Below, piece after piece: positions 12,829 to 23,754 of a stretch of DNA of 64,000 bases. Under the pieces are notes generated by a model. The model saw only the letters and a program-made list of their open reading frames with translations. It had not been told where the DNA came from and made no database searches. How positions within the stretch are numbered: the stretch's first letter is position 1; each line of letters starts with the position of its first letter. A program made the translations under genes and the position numbers. Source of the stretch: Amphiscolops sp. MND2022 (lineage: Eukaryota); contig OZ076409.1 of NCBI GenBank assembly GCA_964187785.1, positions 81,098,001 to 81,162,000 of the forward strand, in the 5' to 3' direction.

Positions 12829-14074
12829 CTTTTAAGCAGCGTGATAAAAATCGAATGCAACAGTGAAACGATTGCGCATGAAAGTTTCCCCAAGAGTTTC
12901 AGAACATGATGCAACATGGAAAACTTTCCGGCATGTCCGACTAGGGTTGGAAATTGAATAGCGTGTAGAAAGTTCCAGCAGCAGTTTGTAGGTTAAAACA
13001 AAAGACACTATGTTGATGAAATGATGCGATTCACTGTTTCTACAGAAACCTAACTGGAAAGATTTCAGTCGAAGCATTTTGTAAGGAATTATTACATTGA
13101 CTACTACCTTTTCTTCAGATGTTAGAATGGACAAAATAATGATGGAAAATGTTGCTGAATGTTTTTCTAGTTCGTTTCATTTAATTGATTACCTCAATAA
13201 AAAAACACTTTCCATTTGACATTGTTCAAACTTTTCTGCTAATTGTATTCTGCTGGATTTTTTAAAACAAAATTTGGAACCTAAACCACGTGGTACAATT
13301 GTATTGTTTCTGTGATCCTATAACAAAAATTTATGTGGTTTTGGCAGATGAACTTTTTAAAAATGATTTTTTTTCAGTAATTGCAGAACTTAGTGTTCAC
13401 CGATGTGGTCGATTTTTCTATTCAATTCTTAACCACTTTCTCACATGTTAAAGATACGGTAGAAGTGTAGTTACGCGCTGCACAACGCTGTTGCAACCTA
13501 TATCAGTGAGAAGCTGTTGCTTCATGAAAGATTTAGGAATCTATTCAATTGTAAGACCAAGAATTTTATCTACAGAATTGATATTGCCGAAAAGTATTAA
13601 ACCAGGACGTGATGCAAAACTAGCGTTCTGTCTCAGACTCTTTGCTTTCACTCTGCAACAAAGAATGATTGACAAAAAATTTTTCTGCTGCAAAACAGTT
13701 GTAATCGATTTACTTTGCGTCTTTAAAGACGGAAGAGGGGTTAAATGCGTGTTTTGAAGAGCAGAAAAAGGGTTGCCAAAAATTTCCAGGCGTTTCGTTT
13801 GTTGGGAAAACCTTCATTCCCCTCAAGCTCGATATCCAGGTTGTTTTATGATTACTGCTTAACCTCAGGTTGTCATAGTAGCTTGTTCATAGATTCCTAT
13901 CCATGATCATCGATTTGAGAACCGGGGTTTGAGCCATGGATAATCAAGGCTGATATCATTTCATGGTTCTGCCATGATGGAATCGGATTTCTTCAATTTT
14001 TAATTCATGAAGTTCCATTCTATATTATAATGTTATTAGATTTCAGCAGAGTACCGATACTTTATTCATTTCAC

Positions 14075-14580
14075 TAAGCGCCTTTCTAAATGTTTCAAAG
14101 CAATGCATATGCCGAAAAAATGCTGGTCTTGAAAGAAAAACAAAATTCGGATATAGCGCAGTTTTTTTTATCTATTGCAATCTCCGCCTCCTCCTTAGTT
14201 GAACGCAATTTACTTCGGATATAGCGTCAAAACTTCGGATATAGTGATTTTGAAAAATCGCACAAGGCCGAAAAATGTAAAAGGGGAGGGGAATTGAAGG
14301 GTATATCCTTGGGAGACATTAAATACTTTTTAAAAAAGTCTCTCAAAGCAAAAAAATTGAAAGGGCGACACTTAGTCTCGTCCGGTTTTGCAAAACACGA
14401 TAAAGTTGCTGGCTGAAGTAGGGACACGAATGCTCAACCGCTGGGTTCCTACTAAACCAATTAGCCTCTGTGCCAAAAAGTGGTTCATACTGAGTGAGTT
14501 CTGTGGTCTGACGAAAATAAAAGAAAAAAAACCTATCCACTGTAAGAGTCGAGCACATTTTCAAAAGCGCCGACTAAAAA
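14075..14580 (-). mobile_element. HINE-like family 1 copy (5' end intact, 3' end degenerate)
   Basis: AGCGCCGACTAAAAA at 14566-14580 is the reverse complement of the family 5' end. Internal TTCGGATATAGCG and GCCGAAAAA units. Confidence 0.6.
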
Positions 14581-14592
14581 CACTAGCTTCTG

Positions 14593-14760
14593 TGTAATAG
14601 CTAACGGCTTGATAAAAGAAGTGTGAATGCAAATCAACTGTATTTCAGCAATCTCAGACCGTAATGGTGGTCTTTACTATTTTGTCAGAACACTGTGTTT
14701 CTGTCTGGCAGGTACTTTGTCAACTTTGACTAACTGCTCTTTTATCGCAACACTACTACA
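14593..14760 (-). repeat. 3' LTR
   Basis: Minus strand TGTAGTAG...CTATTACA. Identical to 19445-19612 except 14695 G vs 19547 C. Confidence 0.97.
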
Positions 14761-14772
14761 TTCCCCCGCCTG
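14761..14772 (-). promoter_or_regulatory. Polypurine tract (plus-strand primer)
   Basis: Minus strand AGGCGGGGGAA immediately before the TG of the 3' LTR. Confidence 0.85.
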
Positions 14773-14902
14773 CAATTGACGGTTGGGAATTATAGGGGAT
14801 ACAGTGATTTATAAATGTAACAACAACACAATTGTACAGATTAGGTAAGGTAAGGATAACTGAAAAATACTACAACGTCAAGTTTAAAATGTTTCTCATG
14901 TT

Positions 14903-16083
14903 TTAGTTTTTCGCCGCTTTTTTCTTCTCTTTCACTTCACAGATATACACTGGAAATCCATATCGATCGGGTGCCCGTCTACTTCTTCTGATCTTTTCTG
15001 GCATATCGTCTGGGTGGTCTTGTTCTATTCTTTCTTCTTGTTCCAATTCAGCAAACACCTGTGTGTTTTCTTGTTTCTGTTTGTCGATATCTCCCAGGGC
15101 ATATTGTCTCGCTCTTTTTGGGGCTCTTTGTTTTCTCGCGGACTTTGGCACTCGTGCCACCTCTCTTTTGGATAAGACTGTCTCGTCTGTTTTTCCTTCT
15201 GGGATGAATTTCACCGTGTGACTTGTTTCTGCGGTGACCTTTCCCCTTCTCTTTTTGAAAAGTCCCGTCAACTTCCCTTTTCTCTGCCGTTCTCTGACGA
15301 ATATCGTGCTATCGTCATCTCTTGGGAAGTCTTGGAGTCTGTCCAGGTCCACATTTTTGTCGTAGTCTAAATCATTCAATTCTTTATAAAGTTTTACGAT
15401 TAAAGATGTTATCGTGTTTGGTTTTCGGCCCGTATGCCTCTCGAACGGTGATTTTCCATCTTTTCCTTTGCTAGTTCTTAGTGCGCTTACCAGTTGGTAG
15501 AACAATTTGTTCTGCCTTTCCGCTAAAACTTCAGGGTTAGTTCTTAGTCTCTCGTTCACCGTTCTTATGAGTCTCTCGACCTTTCCGTTTCCTCTGTGGT
15601 CATATGTTGGACAAACTATGTGGCGGATTCCGAATTCTTCTCTAAAGTTTTTAAATTCGCTTCCCATGAAGACCGCGGCTTGGTCTGTTCGCACAATTTG
15701 TGGAATTCCGTTGTCACTTATATATTTTCGCAAGAATTTTTCGATTCCTTTCATGTCAGTACTTTTTACAAATTTTAGAGTAGGGTATGCTGAAAATGAT
15801 CTATTGCGACTAATATATATTTTCTATTTTCGGGAGCTCCTGAAAAAGGACCCATAAAATCTAGCGCGATTTCTTCATTAACCTGTTTTGGTTTTCTAAT
15901 AGTTCCGAATTCCCGTTGACTTTTTAGGGGTTTTACATTCTTACCTGCTTTTTGGCAGTTTGCGCATGTCCTTGCTACCGCAACAATTTGTCGATTAATT
16001 TGCGGCCACCAGACCTCATCTACCGACCCCAGCATCGCATCTCTGCCATTATGACCGCTGTGGATGCTGTTTAATACTGCTTG
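14903..16083 (-). pseudogene. Integrase (HHCC zinc finger plus DDE core), with a frameshift at 15793-15796
   Basis: IHSGHNG...CANC; IALDFMGP; IVRTDQAAVF; GNGKVERLIRT; SPFERHTGRKP; C-terminal RRSRRAPDRYG. Adding one T restores AIDHFSAYPTLKFVKSTDMKG. Confidence 0.92.
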
Positions 16084-16704
16084 TCATAAGTCGGAAGGAA
16101 TAACTAATCGATTTTCGAAATAAACAAGCTCTCTGTCTACTCTCAAGTCCTTGAATACGTGGCGATACAATTTGTTTTCTTTACTGAGAAGATTAATATC
16201 ACGCCTTAATACAGCGTCACGAACGTTTTGTAATTTCAAGTCAGCTTGATAATTTGACATTAATAGGCCATCAGTAATTTCTTTGAAGGTTTTCACCTTT
16301 ACGAATTTAACTTCAGGTTCGGGGTTAACTTGCGATGCAGATGAACTTTCCTCTATTGAGGATACAATTGATTGGAGTGGGGAAGTTTTTAATTTCTCTT
16401 CTCTCACTTGTACAATTTGTTCGCTTTTGGAAGTTTTTAACGCTTTAATTAAACTGCGTGTATTATTTCTTTCACGGCTAATTTGCAGTCGACTCATTTC
16501 TAATTGTTTATTCTCGCACTCAAGACGGTCAGCGCTTTCTACTTTCTCTTCAGCGTTGTTTCTTTGCTGAACGCTGATTGGCTGATTGCACAATTTGTTT
16601 AGCCTCTGATTAGTAGGTAGCTGCCTGCTGCCTTTCTTATCTAATTCTTGTACTGAATTAACTACGAACCAACTTTCCCATAGTTTTTTAGCGCTTTTGA
16701 CCAT
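16084..16704 (-). pseudogene. Long RNase H-integrase linker of pol
   Basis: Continues the polyprotein after a 1-nt deletion (A4 run, 16695-16698). Ends LVYFENRLVIPSDL-TGA, where the TGA is a probable CGA>TGA change just before the zinc finger. Confidence 0.8.
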
Positions 16705-19445
16705 TCGTTTTCATTATAATCGCTTGGATGCCTTGACAAATAGTCGGCTAATCCCATGGTTCGTCCTGGTTGATGTACTACTTCCATGTCAAAGGGCAAA
16801 AGCCTGTCTATCCACCTCGTAAGCCTACTTGAATAAGTTTTATTACCGTGATTGCTTTTTAGTGCGGTTTCTAAGGCTTTGTGGTCCGAAATTACCTCGA
16901 ATTGGACTCCGTACACGTAGTTCCGGAAATGTTCTACAGCCCAGACTATGGCAAGTAATTCTAATTCATTCGTAGAATATCTTGTTTCATAATCTGACAA
17001 ATATCGTGATGCGCATGATAACAATTCCCACTCTTTTTTATCGTTTTTTTGCATTATTATTGCCCCCAGGCCTTCGTGACTCGCGTCGCAAATTATGCGC
17101 AATTTGCTTGATCTATTAAAATGCGATAGTTTAATTATTTGTTGTACACTTTTTTGTACTCGATTGAAAGCTAAATCGTGTTTTTCTTTCCACTGCCAAG
17201 TTCCCTCCCTTTTTAGTAAGTCTCTAAACGGTTCGGTAATTTGGGCCAATCCGGGAATAAACTTTGTTAATTGGTTTACGGCTCCCAAATAGGATCTTAG
17301 TTCTTTTAAGTTTTTGGGTTTAAGTTTCTCCGTTATCCCTTGCACCTTTTCATTCAATGGTTTTATTCCTTTTTCAGAAATGTTGAATCCAAGCCAATCT
17401 ATTTCATTTTTCGCAATTTTACATTTTTCTTCCTTGAGTTGTAGTTTTCTACTATCTAATTTTCTAAAAACCTCCCTAACCTTTTCTTCGTGTTCTTCCT
17501 TAGTTCCCTTTGTTACTATTAAAATATCGTCTATAAAAACAAACACATTAGAGATATTTATTAAAATGTCCTCCATTATTCGCTGAAATTCTGTGGGCAT
17601 TACTGTGAGCCCGTAAAATCCTGTTTTAAAACGGTATATGCCGCTAGCTTTTCCCCCGATAATTGCGAAGTTACAGTGTTTCGCCAATTCGGGGTTTAGT
17701 TTTACTTGTCCGAATGCGTATTTAAGGTCGACTGATGTAAACCATACTTTTTCTCCGTCTTCCGACGTGATCGTTTCTGCCAAGATATTCAATAAGTCGT
17801 CCAAATTCGGCATCTGGTATTTATCTTTCTTTATTTTTTCGTTCATCGCTCTGGCATCTAACGCTATTTTAACTGTTTTGTCTCGTTTTACTGTAATGAC
17901 CGTGGGTTGTATGAAAACGTCATCCTTTATTTCACTGACTTTTTCGATATGTCCATTTTTTATCAGTTTTTGCAGTTCCTTTTCAACCGAATTTTGGAGT
18001 TGTAGAGGTATGCGGCGTCCCTTTTGTTGTTTTGGTACAAAATTTTCTTTAAACTGCGCATTTATTTCGTGTCCTTCGACTCGTCCGTGCCTATTGAACA
18101 ATTCTCCAAATTCGGTAAACAATTTGTTTGGTGGTTCACCTACGCAATTAATTTCACACTTACCACCTTCTGTCTTTAGCTTGACGCCCAAACCCCTCAA
18201 CCAGTCTCGGCCTATCACTGTTCTCGCGCCGTTTTCTGCTATTAGGGCCCTGACCTTGTCCAGCTTTTTACATCCTGCTTCGACTTGTCCAATAATAGCC
18301 CCGATGAACTCAATTTTGTTTCGGCTGTAGTCAACATATTTTTCGTCTTCTCCCAGGGTTTGCAATTTGTAGTTTTTTCCAAACATTTTGTCCACGTGTG
18401 CTTTTGTGAAAATTGTGATCGGGGACCCGGTGTCAATGAGTGCGTGGAAGGGTTTTCTGTTAAACTTTCCTTTCAATACAAAGGGTTTGTTTGTGTGTCC
18501 CTTTTCCTCGTCGATGTGAAATATTTCCACTTCTTCTCCTGACTCGTCCTCCGAGCTGCTCCATGATGATTTTGACTGTACTACATTCACCCTTTTTTGT
18601 TGGGGGGCCTTGTTTTGTTTCACGTCTGTTTGTTTCATTCGGCACATTCGCGCATAGTGACCCATTCTCCCGCAGTTTCTGCACTGTACGTTTTTCGCCT
18701 TGCAAATCTTCTGATGTCCGGCGACGAATGGTCTTTCTCCGCATTTATAACATTCGTTGTGTTTCTCTATCGCGAACACCGGTTCCTCTTTAATGTTTGT
18801 TGATTTCACACAAATTGTTTTCTTTTGGTAGGCACCTTGTTCAAATGCTACCGCAAATTTTAATGCGTCCTCTGGGTTGTCCTTTGGTTCAGTGAAAAGT
18901 CTCTCTTGCACTGTTGTATTCTTCATATTCGATACGAATATATCGTAAACTAGTCCAGTGGTCTGTGAACCAAAGTCGCAATTTGCAGCTAGTCCGTTTA
19001 GGGCGTGCCAAAACTGTTCTAAACTCTCGTCGTCCTTCTGTTTTCTATTTAAAAATTTGTGGCGGTCCATCAACCGATTTCGCTTTTTCTGAAATGCCTT
19101 GTTGCATTCTTTCAGGAGATCTTTCAATGTAGTTGTTTTTATGTCCATATTGGGTTTCCGATCCAATAATGCCTTTCTGGCAGCTTCTCCGAGCGCTATA
19201 TACAGGAAACTCACTGCTTTTTTCTCTGCAATGGACTCTTCTGCACCTCCCATCAGTTCTTTTTTTCTAGGGTTTGTGTTTGCATCCTCTCTTGTGAGTT
19301 CTTCTAACGATATGGAGGATTTCGCCATGAGGGTTGCTTCAAACAGTTCTAGCCATCGACTCCATTCGTGTTGTTTTTCTGTGGCTGGATCTTGCCAGAA
19401 TACGGGTATGCCCGATATCGGTTGGTTTTCTGCTCGCAGCGCCAT
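16662..19445 (-). CDS. Gag-protease-reverse transcriptase-RNase H portion of the gag-pol polyprotein
   Basis: CYKCGERPFVAGHQKIC and CRNCGRMGHYARMC knuckles; LIDTGS aspartic protease; VDLKYAF, FYGL and FIDD RT motifs; CDAS, ELELLA, SDHKAL and LADYLSR RNase H motifs. Confidence 0.95.
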   Translation of the reverse strand: MALRAENQPISGIPVFWQDPATEKQHEWSRWLELFEATLMAKSSISLEELTREDANTNPRKKELMGGAEESIAEKKAVSFLYIALGEAARKALLDRKPNMDIKTTTLKDLLKECNKAFQKKRNRLMDRHKFLNRKQKDDESLEQFWHALNGLAANCDFGSQTTGLVYDIFVSNMKNTTVQERLFTEPKDNPEDALKFAVAFEQGAYQKKTICVKSTNIKEEPVFAIEKHNECYKCGERPFVAGHQKICKAKNVQCRNCGRMGHYARMCRMKQTDVKQNKAPQQKRVNVVQSKSSWSSSEDESGEEVEIFHIDEEKGHTNKPFVLKGKFNRKPFHALIDTGSPITIFTKAHVDKMFGKNYKLQTLGEDEKYVDYSRNKIEFIGAIIGQVEAGCKKLDKVRALIAENGARTVIGRDWLRGLGVKLKTEGGKCEINCVGEPPNKLFTEFGELFNRHGRVEGHEINAQFKENFVPKQQKGRRIPLQLQNSVEKELQKLIKNGHIEKVSEIKDDVFIQPTVITVKRDKTVKIALDARAMNEKIKKDKYQMPNLDDLLNILAETITSEDGEKVWFTSVDLKYAFGQVKLNPELAKHCNFAIIGGKASGIYRFKTGFYGLTVMPTEFQRIMEDILINISNVFVFIDDILIVTKGTKEEHEEKVREVFRKLDSRKLQLKEEKCKIAKNEIDWLGFNISEKGIKPLNEKVQGITEKLKPKNLKELRSYLGAVNQLTKFIPGLAQITEPFRDLLKREGTWQWKEKHDLAFNRVQKSVQQIIKLSHFNRSSKLRIICDASHEGLGAIIMQKNDKKEWELLSCASRYLSDYETRYSTNELELLAIVWAVEHFRNYVYGVQFEVISDHKALETALKSNHGNKTYSSRLTRWIDRLLPFDMEVVHQPGRTMGLADYLSRHPSDYNENEWSKALKNYGKVGS
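19430..19444 (-). promoter_or_regulatory. Primer-binding site, tRNA-Ser-like
   Basis: TGGCGCTGCGAGCAG directly abuts the 5' LTR. It is complementary to a ...CUGCUCGCAGCG-CCA 3' end, as I recall for animal tRNA-Ser(UGA/CGA) isoacceptors (isotype not computed). Confidence 0.85.
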
Positions 19446-19612
19446 GTAATAGCTAACGGCTTGATAAAAGAAGTGTGAATGCAAATCAACTGTATTTCAG
19501 CAATCTCAGACCGTAATGGTGGTCTTTACTATTTTGTCAGAACACTCTGTTTCTGTCTGGCAGGTACTTTGTCAACTTTGACTAACTGCTCTTTTATCGC
19601 AACACTACTACA
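19445..19612 (-). repeat. 5' LTR
   Basis: 168 bp, TG...CA, 167/168 identical to the 3' LTR. Confidence 0.97.
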
Positions 19613-20438
19613 TTCTGTAAGATTCGGGAACTTTTTGTTAGAACGGGAACAATATATGCATGCTGTCGACAAATTAGTCTCACAAGTTAAGTTGAAGTTT
19701 TTGGAAATATTTACAGGTTTGAATCCATCATTCAATATCTATAGAAAAAAAAGAAATCCAGCATCTTTCAACAGTTGTTTCTTTATGGAAAACGACATCA
19801 GTTATTTGTTTCTTTGCGATGGCGTTTTTGAACAAATAGTGACAATGTTTGAGATGATAATAATTTGCAACACCAACTATTTGTATCAACTATTCGATCC
19901 ATAAATGTGTACTACTGAGAGTTGATTTTCTGAAGAATTATCTCATTCTATTCAGGGATAATTGTCCATGACTCAAGGATGTTTTTTCTTCATAATCATT
20001 CATGCTTCTCAGATTTCTTTTCATATCTCATAAGATGATTCATAACATGTCGCACCATGAATCATGGTTGAACCATGGCTGGATTTCCACGCCCAGAACG
20101 TTCCAAAAATTATTGAAATTGGACATCTGTTTCCAATCGTTTTGCCGTTGCGTCATTTGTAGTCGAGACAAACGAAAAGCCTCGCTACTACAGTGACGTG
20201 TTTTTCTCCAGATCACCGAATGTATCTGATGATCCTATTTTTACAGATTTCCAGGCTAAAGTCTTGAAATGTGGCTTAGTGGTTTGGGTGCATTTTTCGC
20301 AAGCAGATTTTGAAGTCTATACTTCATTTTGTTCATGTTTGCAAAGCTAGACGACGAGACCAAAGGACCACTTTCAGGTTTTAGCCAGCATTATGCGTTT
20401 TTTCAAAAAATATTACATCGATGATCACCTATTTTGGG

Positions 20439-20994
20439 TTTTTAGTCGGCGCTCTTTTATAATTAAAGAGCCCGACATACAGTCACTCGTTTTTTTCTTT
20501 AAGACAGACTCGAATGCGACGAAACTTTTGTTCAGTTTGGTCAACTAAAGGAATACCTGGGAAACGCATCTAAGCTTTTGCAAAAGGTCCTCCAAATTTT
20601 AAATGTCTCCAAAGGCTCCCCTTCACTTTTTTGATATTTTGCAACAAATTGGATGTGAAAAAAGCCTAAACGGTCCCGCTTCTACATTTTTCGGCACTAT
20701 GAGTCTGCTTCAAAATTCTCATTTTTCGTCTGAAGTTAGGATTTTTCCAAATTTTTTTTCAACACTATGCGAATTTTTCCGGTATATCCGAACTATAATG
20801 CGTTTTACTAAAGCGGGAAAAAATGAGGCGGAGGTTCGAAAACAAGGGAACCCATTCCTTCTAGCACAAAAGCTTTGGGTGTTTCGACTTTTTTATGTGA
20901 GTTTTGCATTTAAAAAAGTCTTGATCATATTTGAAAAACTTTGCGCTTTTTGAGCCTTAAGTGGGGCGCCGACTTGAGACGTTCCCATCTTGTT
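20439..20994 (+). mobile_element. HINE-like family 1, complete copy
   Basis: TTTTTAGTCGGCGCTCTTT..AAAGAGCCCGAC 5' hairpin; GCGCCGACT at 20966-20974; GAGACGTTCCCATCTTGTT end. Confidence 0.8.
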
Positions 20995-21219
20995 AAATTT
21001 GTTTTCAGTAAGAAAAAAGCGTTTTTTATCACAAAGTGCTCGTGAATTTTTTTGGCACTGTGATGTTCTCCAGAATTTCTAAAATTGCCGCTTTTTGAGC
21101 CTTGAGCTGGTTGCCAAACTTTGCCTTTTCAGTCTTTTAGAATATTACTCACACAACTAACACTCATAGCATCTTGTAAGATTTATTTTATGACAAAAGG
21201 CAAAATAGTTCTTAAAGTT

Positions 21220-21885
21220 CTACGAAATTTTATGGTCCCAAATTGAATTATTTGGCCTAGCGAACTGAACCAAAAATGTTTTCCTTCTTTTTCCGCGTAA
21301 CCTGCAATGCCGGGAGAGTCTAAAGGGTCCCCCTTTTCAGTTTTTCGGCATTTTGAGACTGTTTTTCGGAAAAAATTCCACAAAGGATCCCCCTTCAATT
21401 TTTTGATGTTTTGCGACAGAAAAGATGTTGAAAAATCCCAAAGGGTCCCCCATTTCAGTTTTTTCGGCATTGTGAAACTTCTTGGCTTGTTTGTTTAATC
21501 AGCGCGCGCTTTTCGTGAGAAAATGTGCGCGTTTATAACAGTGACTAGTTTATTTCGTAAGACCATAGAATGCATCGAATACTCCAGTTTTCAATAGAAT
21601 TCGTTCACGCGGTCAATAGTTAGGATGGACGCTTCCCAAGCAGATGGCTGTCGGTTCGATGCCTGCCGAGACCTAGTTGTCTTTTTTTGCAAACCTTGAC
21701 GTGTCGAAAGATCCTCCTATTGGATTTTTAAGCACTGTGCTTTTTTTCGAGGGTACGAGTCGCCCTTTTGGAAGATTACTGCTACTGTGAAAGATGAATT
21801 TTTCGTAAGAGCCACCATGAGTATTTCTTTTGAGACTTGTCGCTTTTTGAGTTCTGAGCGTGGCGCCGACTTTCGGTGCCTTTGA
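21220..21885 (+). mobile_element. HINE-like family 1 degenerate copy or copies containing a tRNA-derived segment
   Basis: TTGGCCTAGCGAACTG and AAAGGGTCCCC units match 5160-5530. GGCGCCGACT at ~21862-21871. Confidence 0.6.
21607..21673 (+). repeat. tRNA-Gly-derived segment
   Basis: TAGTTAGGATGGACGCTTCCCAAGCAGATGGCTGTCGGTTCGATGCC resembles tRNA-Gly (..GGTTAGCATAGCTGCCTTCCAAGCAGTTGACCCGGGTTCGATTCCC). B box at 21653-21663; stems are broken. Confidence 0.5.
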
Positions 21886-23004
21886 TACATAAAGATCGGG
21901 GCCTTTTTCAGATTGAAAAGTAAAAAGTTTGGTGGAAAAAAATTAATGGAAGCGTCATTATTCCAACTGAACATCGTTTTTAGCTTGCTTTGTTTTTCCA
22001 AGTAATTTTGATTTCTACTAACGATAATTAGTGAAATTATCATGTCATTATAGTTGTCTCATTTTGTTTCCATTTCTAAACGGTTCGTTGCCGAATATTT
22101 TACCTGCTGTTAAGTACTCTTTAGAGAGGTGTCTCAATGATACAGATATATGATCTGTATTATGATCAGAATGTTAGATAGCAGTGTTGTGATTCTCATC
22201 ATTCATGCATTATATTTTCAGGCATTTCCAACCTTAAAATACTTCTCAATTTTACGATGAAGTTTTGAGAGAAAAATCCCTCGCTTCAAACACTTTTTGG
22301 AAAATAACCCAGGAAATATTAGCTGTGCAACCGTTTCTTCAATATTGAAATTCTTTTACTCAACCCTTTTTCAATTTCATCAGAAGGTTTTCTGTAAAAT
22401 AAATATGATCAAAGAACTTCAGAAGGAGCCATTCTTTGTTTTGTTTCCAGAAAACATTGGTCAAAAAGTTGCAGAAGATGTTTATTTTTCTAGGATTTTT
22501 TTCGTTTTGGTAATAATCGATTTAATCATTTATTTTCAGTGCTAAGCTTAAAGATAGCAGATTGAAGCGAATAAATTGAACGAAAAATTATCAGTGATTG
22601 CTGCTTTTAAGTTTTTCAAAAGATGATTCATTTGGTCGTTTAATTTTAGATTGAAAATTTGCCCTCGAATCGAATAATTTTGAGTTATTCGACTGCTTGT
22701 AATAGCGTTTTTTTGAGACTTTCATTCATCTCTATCCATAATGTCCAAACTCGGAACTTCCAATATTGTCGCATTCGAAATTATTTAAACCTCTAATATG
22801 TAAATAATGACGTAAATTTGAACCACTAATATTAATAATGTTAAATGACCTCATTTTCGATAGCACACTTCAAAAAAAATCACAGAAACATGGGCTTAAC
22901 ATTTTTATTGATTAGTTTGGCAAAAGGCTGAATTTTGAGTTATAGTATTTTTGATTATTGCCAAACCGTACAATAATCGCTACTTAGAAAAATCCCTGTC
23001 ACTA

Positions 23005-23565
23005 CCCTAGTCGACGTTGCCCCCAAAGTTTTACAGGCACCTTAAAAAATGCCGGCTATGTTTTTTCATAAAACATGGAAAATTCAGGGATCATGCATGG
23101 AAACATTTTGTAGGATTACTATGCAGTTTTCACTATTTGAGGTAAAAGTGAAAACATTTCCACTTCTTCACCACCGCGATCACTTTGTTTTCACGCGTAA
23201 GTTTCTCGAGCACCTTATGTAAACATCATGAGTCAAATAGGCCGCTGAATATGACGCTACTTTGAAACTTATAATGTGACTGAAAATTATTTGCATTGAA
23301 ACCGCGGTAAAATTGATGAAGGTCTCAGCTGCTTTCAATATTAGAACGGCGTCTTCATGGAACCTGCAAAACTTCGCGTCTCGGAATTGCCGCCAAATTT
23401 AAGATACATCTTTTAGGCAGCTTGATAAATTTAAATTGCATCAGTGAAGTTATAAAAGTTATAATGCATTGACGTTTCCTTTAGAATTTTATAAACAAAA
23501 AAACAAAAAAATTAGCTTGGTAGCCTACAAAAATTTGTAAAAAATTCAAGCAGTTCCAGCCAGGG
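23005..23565 (+). mobile_element. MITE, 561 bp (copy A)
   Basis: CCCTAGTCG...CAGCCAGGG termini with TA on both sides. Full-length inverted homology to 24003-24547. Confidence 0.8.
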
Positions 23566-23754
23566 TAATGATACCGCAATGTGAACGTATTGTAAATTTG
23601 ATGATGCTCTGTTGTTCCGTGATAGCCGTCTTTTGTTTAATGAGAATCCCTGTTAGTACCCAATACCTAACTTTTGTATTCCAGTTTTTCGCTTTACTTT
23701 GTTGACATCAGTAGAGAATTATTTAAATACCTATTTAATCAATTTTTATTGTTT

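Larger units (their letters stand above)
14593..19612 (-). mobile_element. Full-length Ty3/Gypsy LTR retrotransposon (Mag-like), 5,020 bp
   Basis: Two 168-bp TG...CA direct repeats; TTCTG TSD (14588-14592 and 19613-19617); PBS; PPT; domain order Gag-PR-RT-RH-IN. The Mag assignment is inferred from the double CCHC knuckle, single ORF, short LTRs and Ser-type PBS. Confidence 0.97.

Noticed and set aside
11900..13780. LINE ORF2 remnant (also 39800-40660)
   Set aside because: Only faint motifs on conflicting strands (KSYY on minus, KDLGI on plus); cannot be supported without a translated search.
14773..14902. env gene or chromodomain
   Set aside because: Only ~130 bp lie between the pol stop and the PPT, and the integrase C-terminus has no chromodomain motif.
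16084..16086. Stop read-through or selenocysteine TGA
   Set aside because: The position corresponds to the usual Arg of the VIP..LR motif, so CGA>TGA is the simpler explanation.
16662..16704. Programmed ribosomal frameshift between ORFs
   Set aside because: The break is after RNase H, not at the gag/pol junction, and a single missing base explains it. The same type of lesion occurs inside integrase.
15507..19449. Plus-strand ORFs up to 230 aa over the Gypsy element
   Set aside because: They are antisense shadows of gag-pol with no motifs of their own.
21607..21673. Functional tRNA gene
   Set aside because: Acceptor, D and anticodon stems do not pair fully, so it is kept only as a tRNA-derived repeat.
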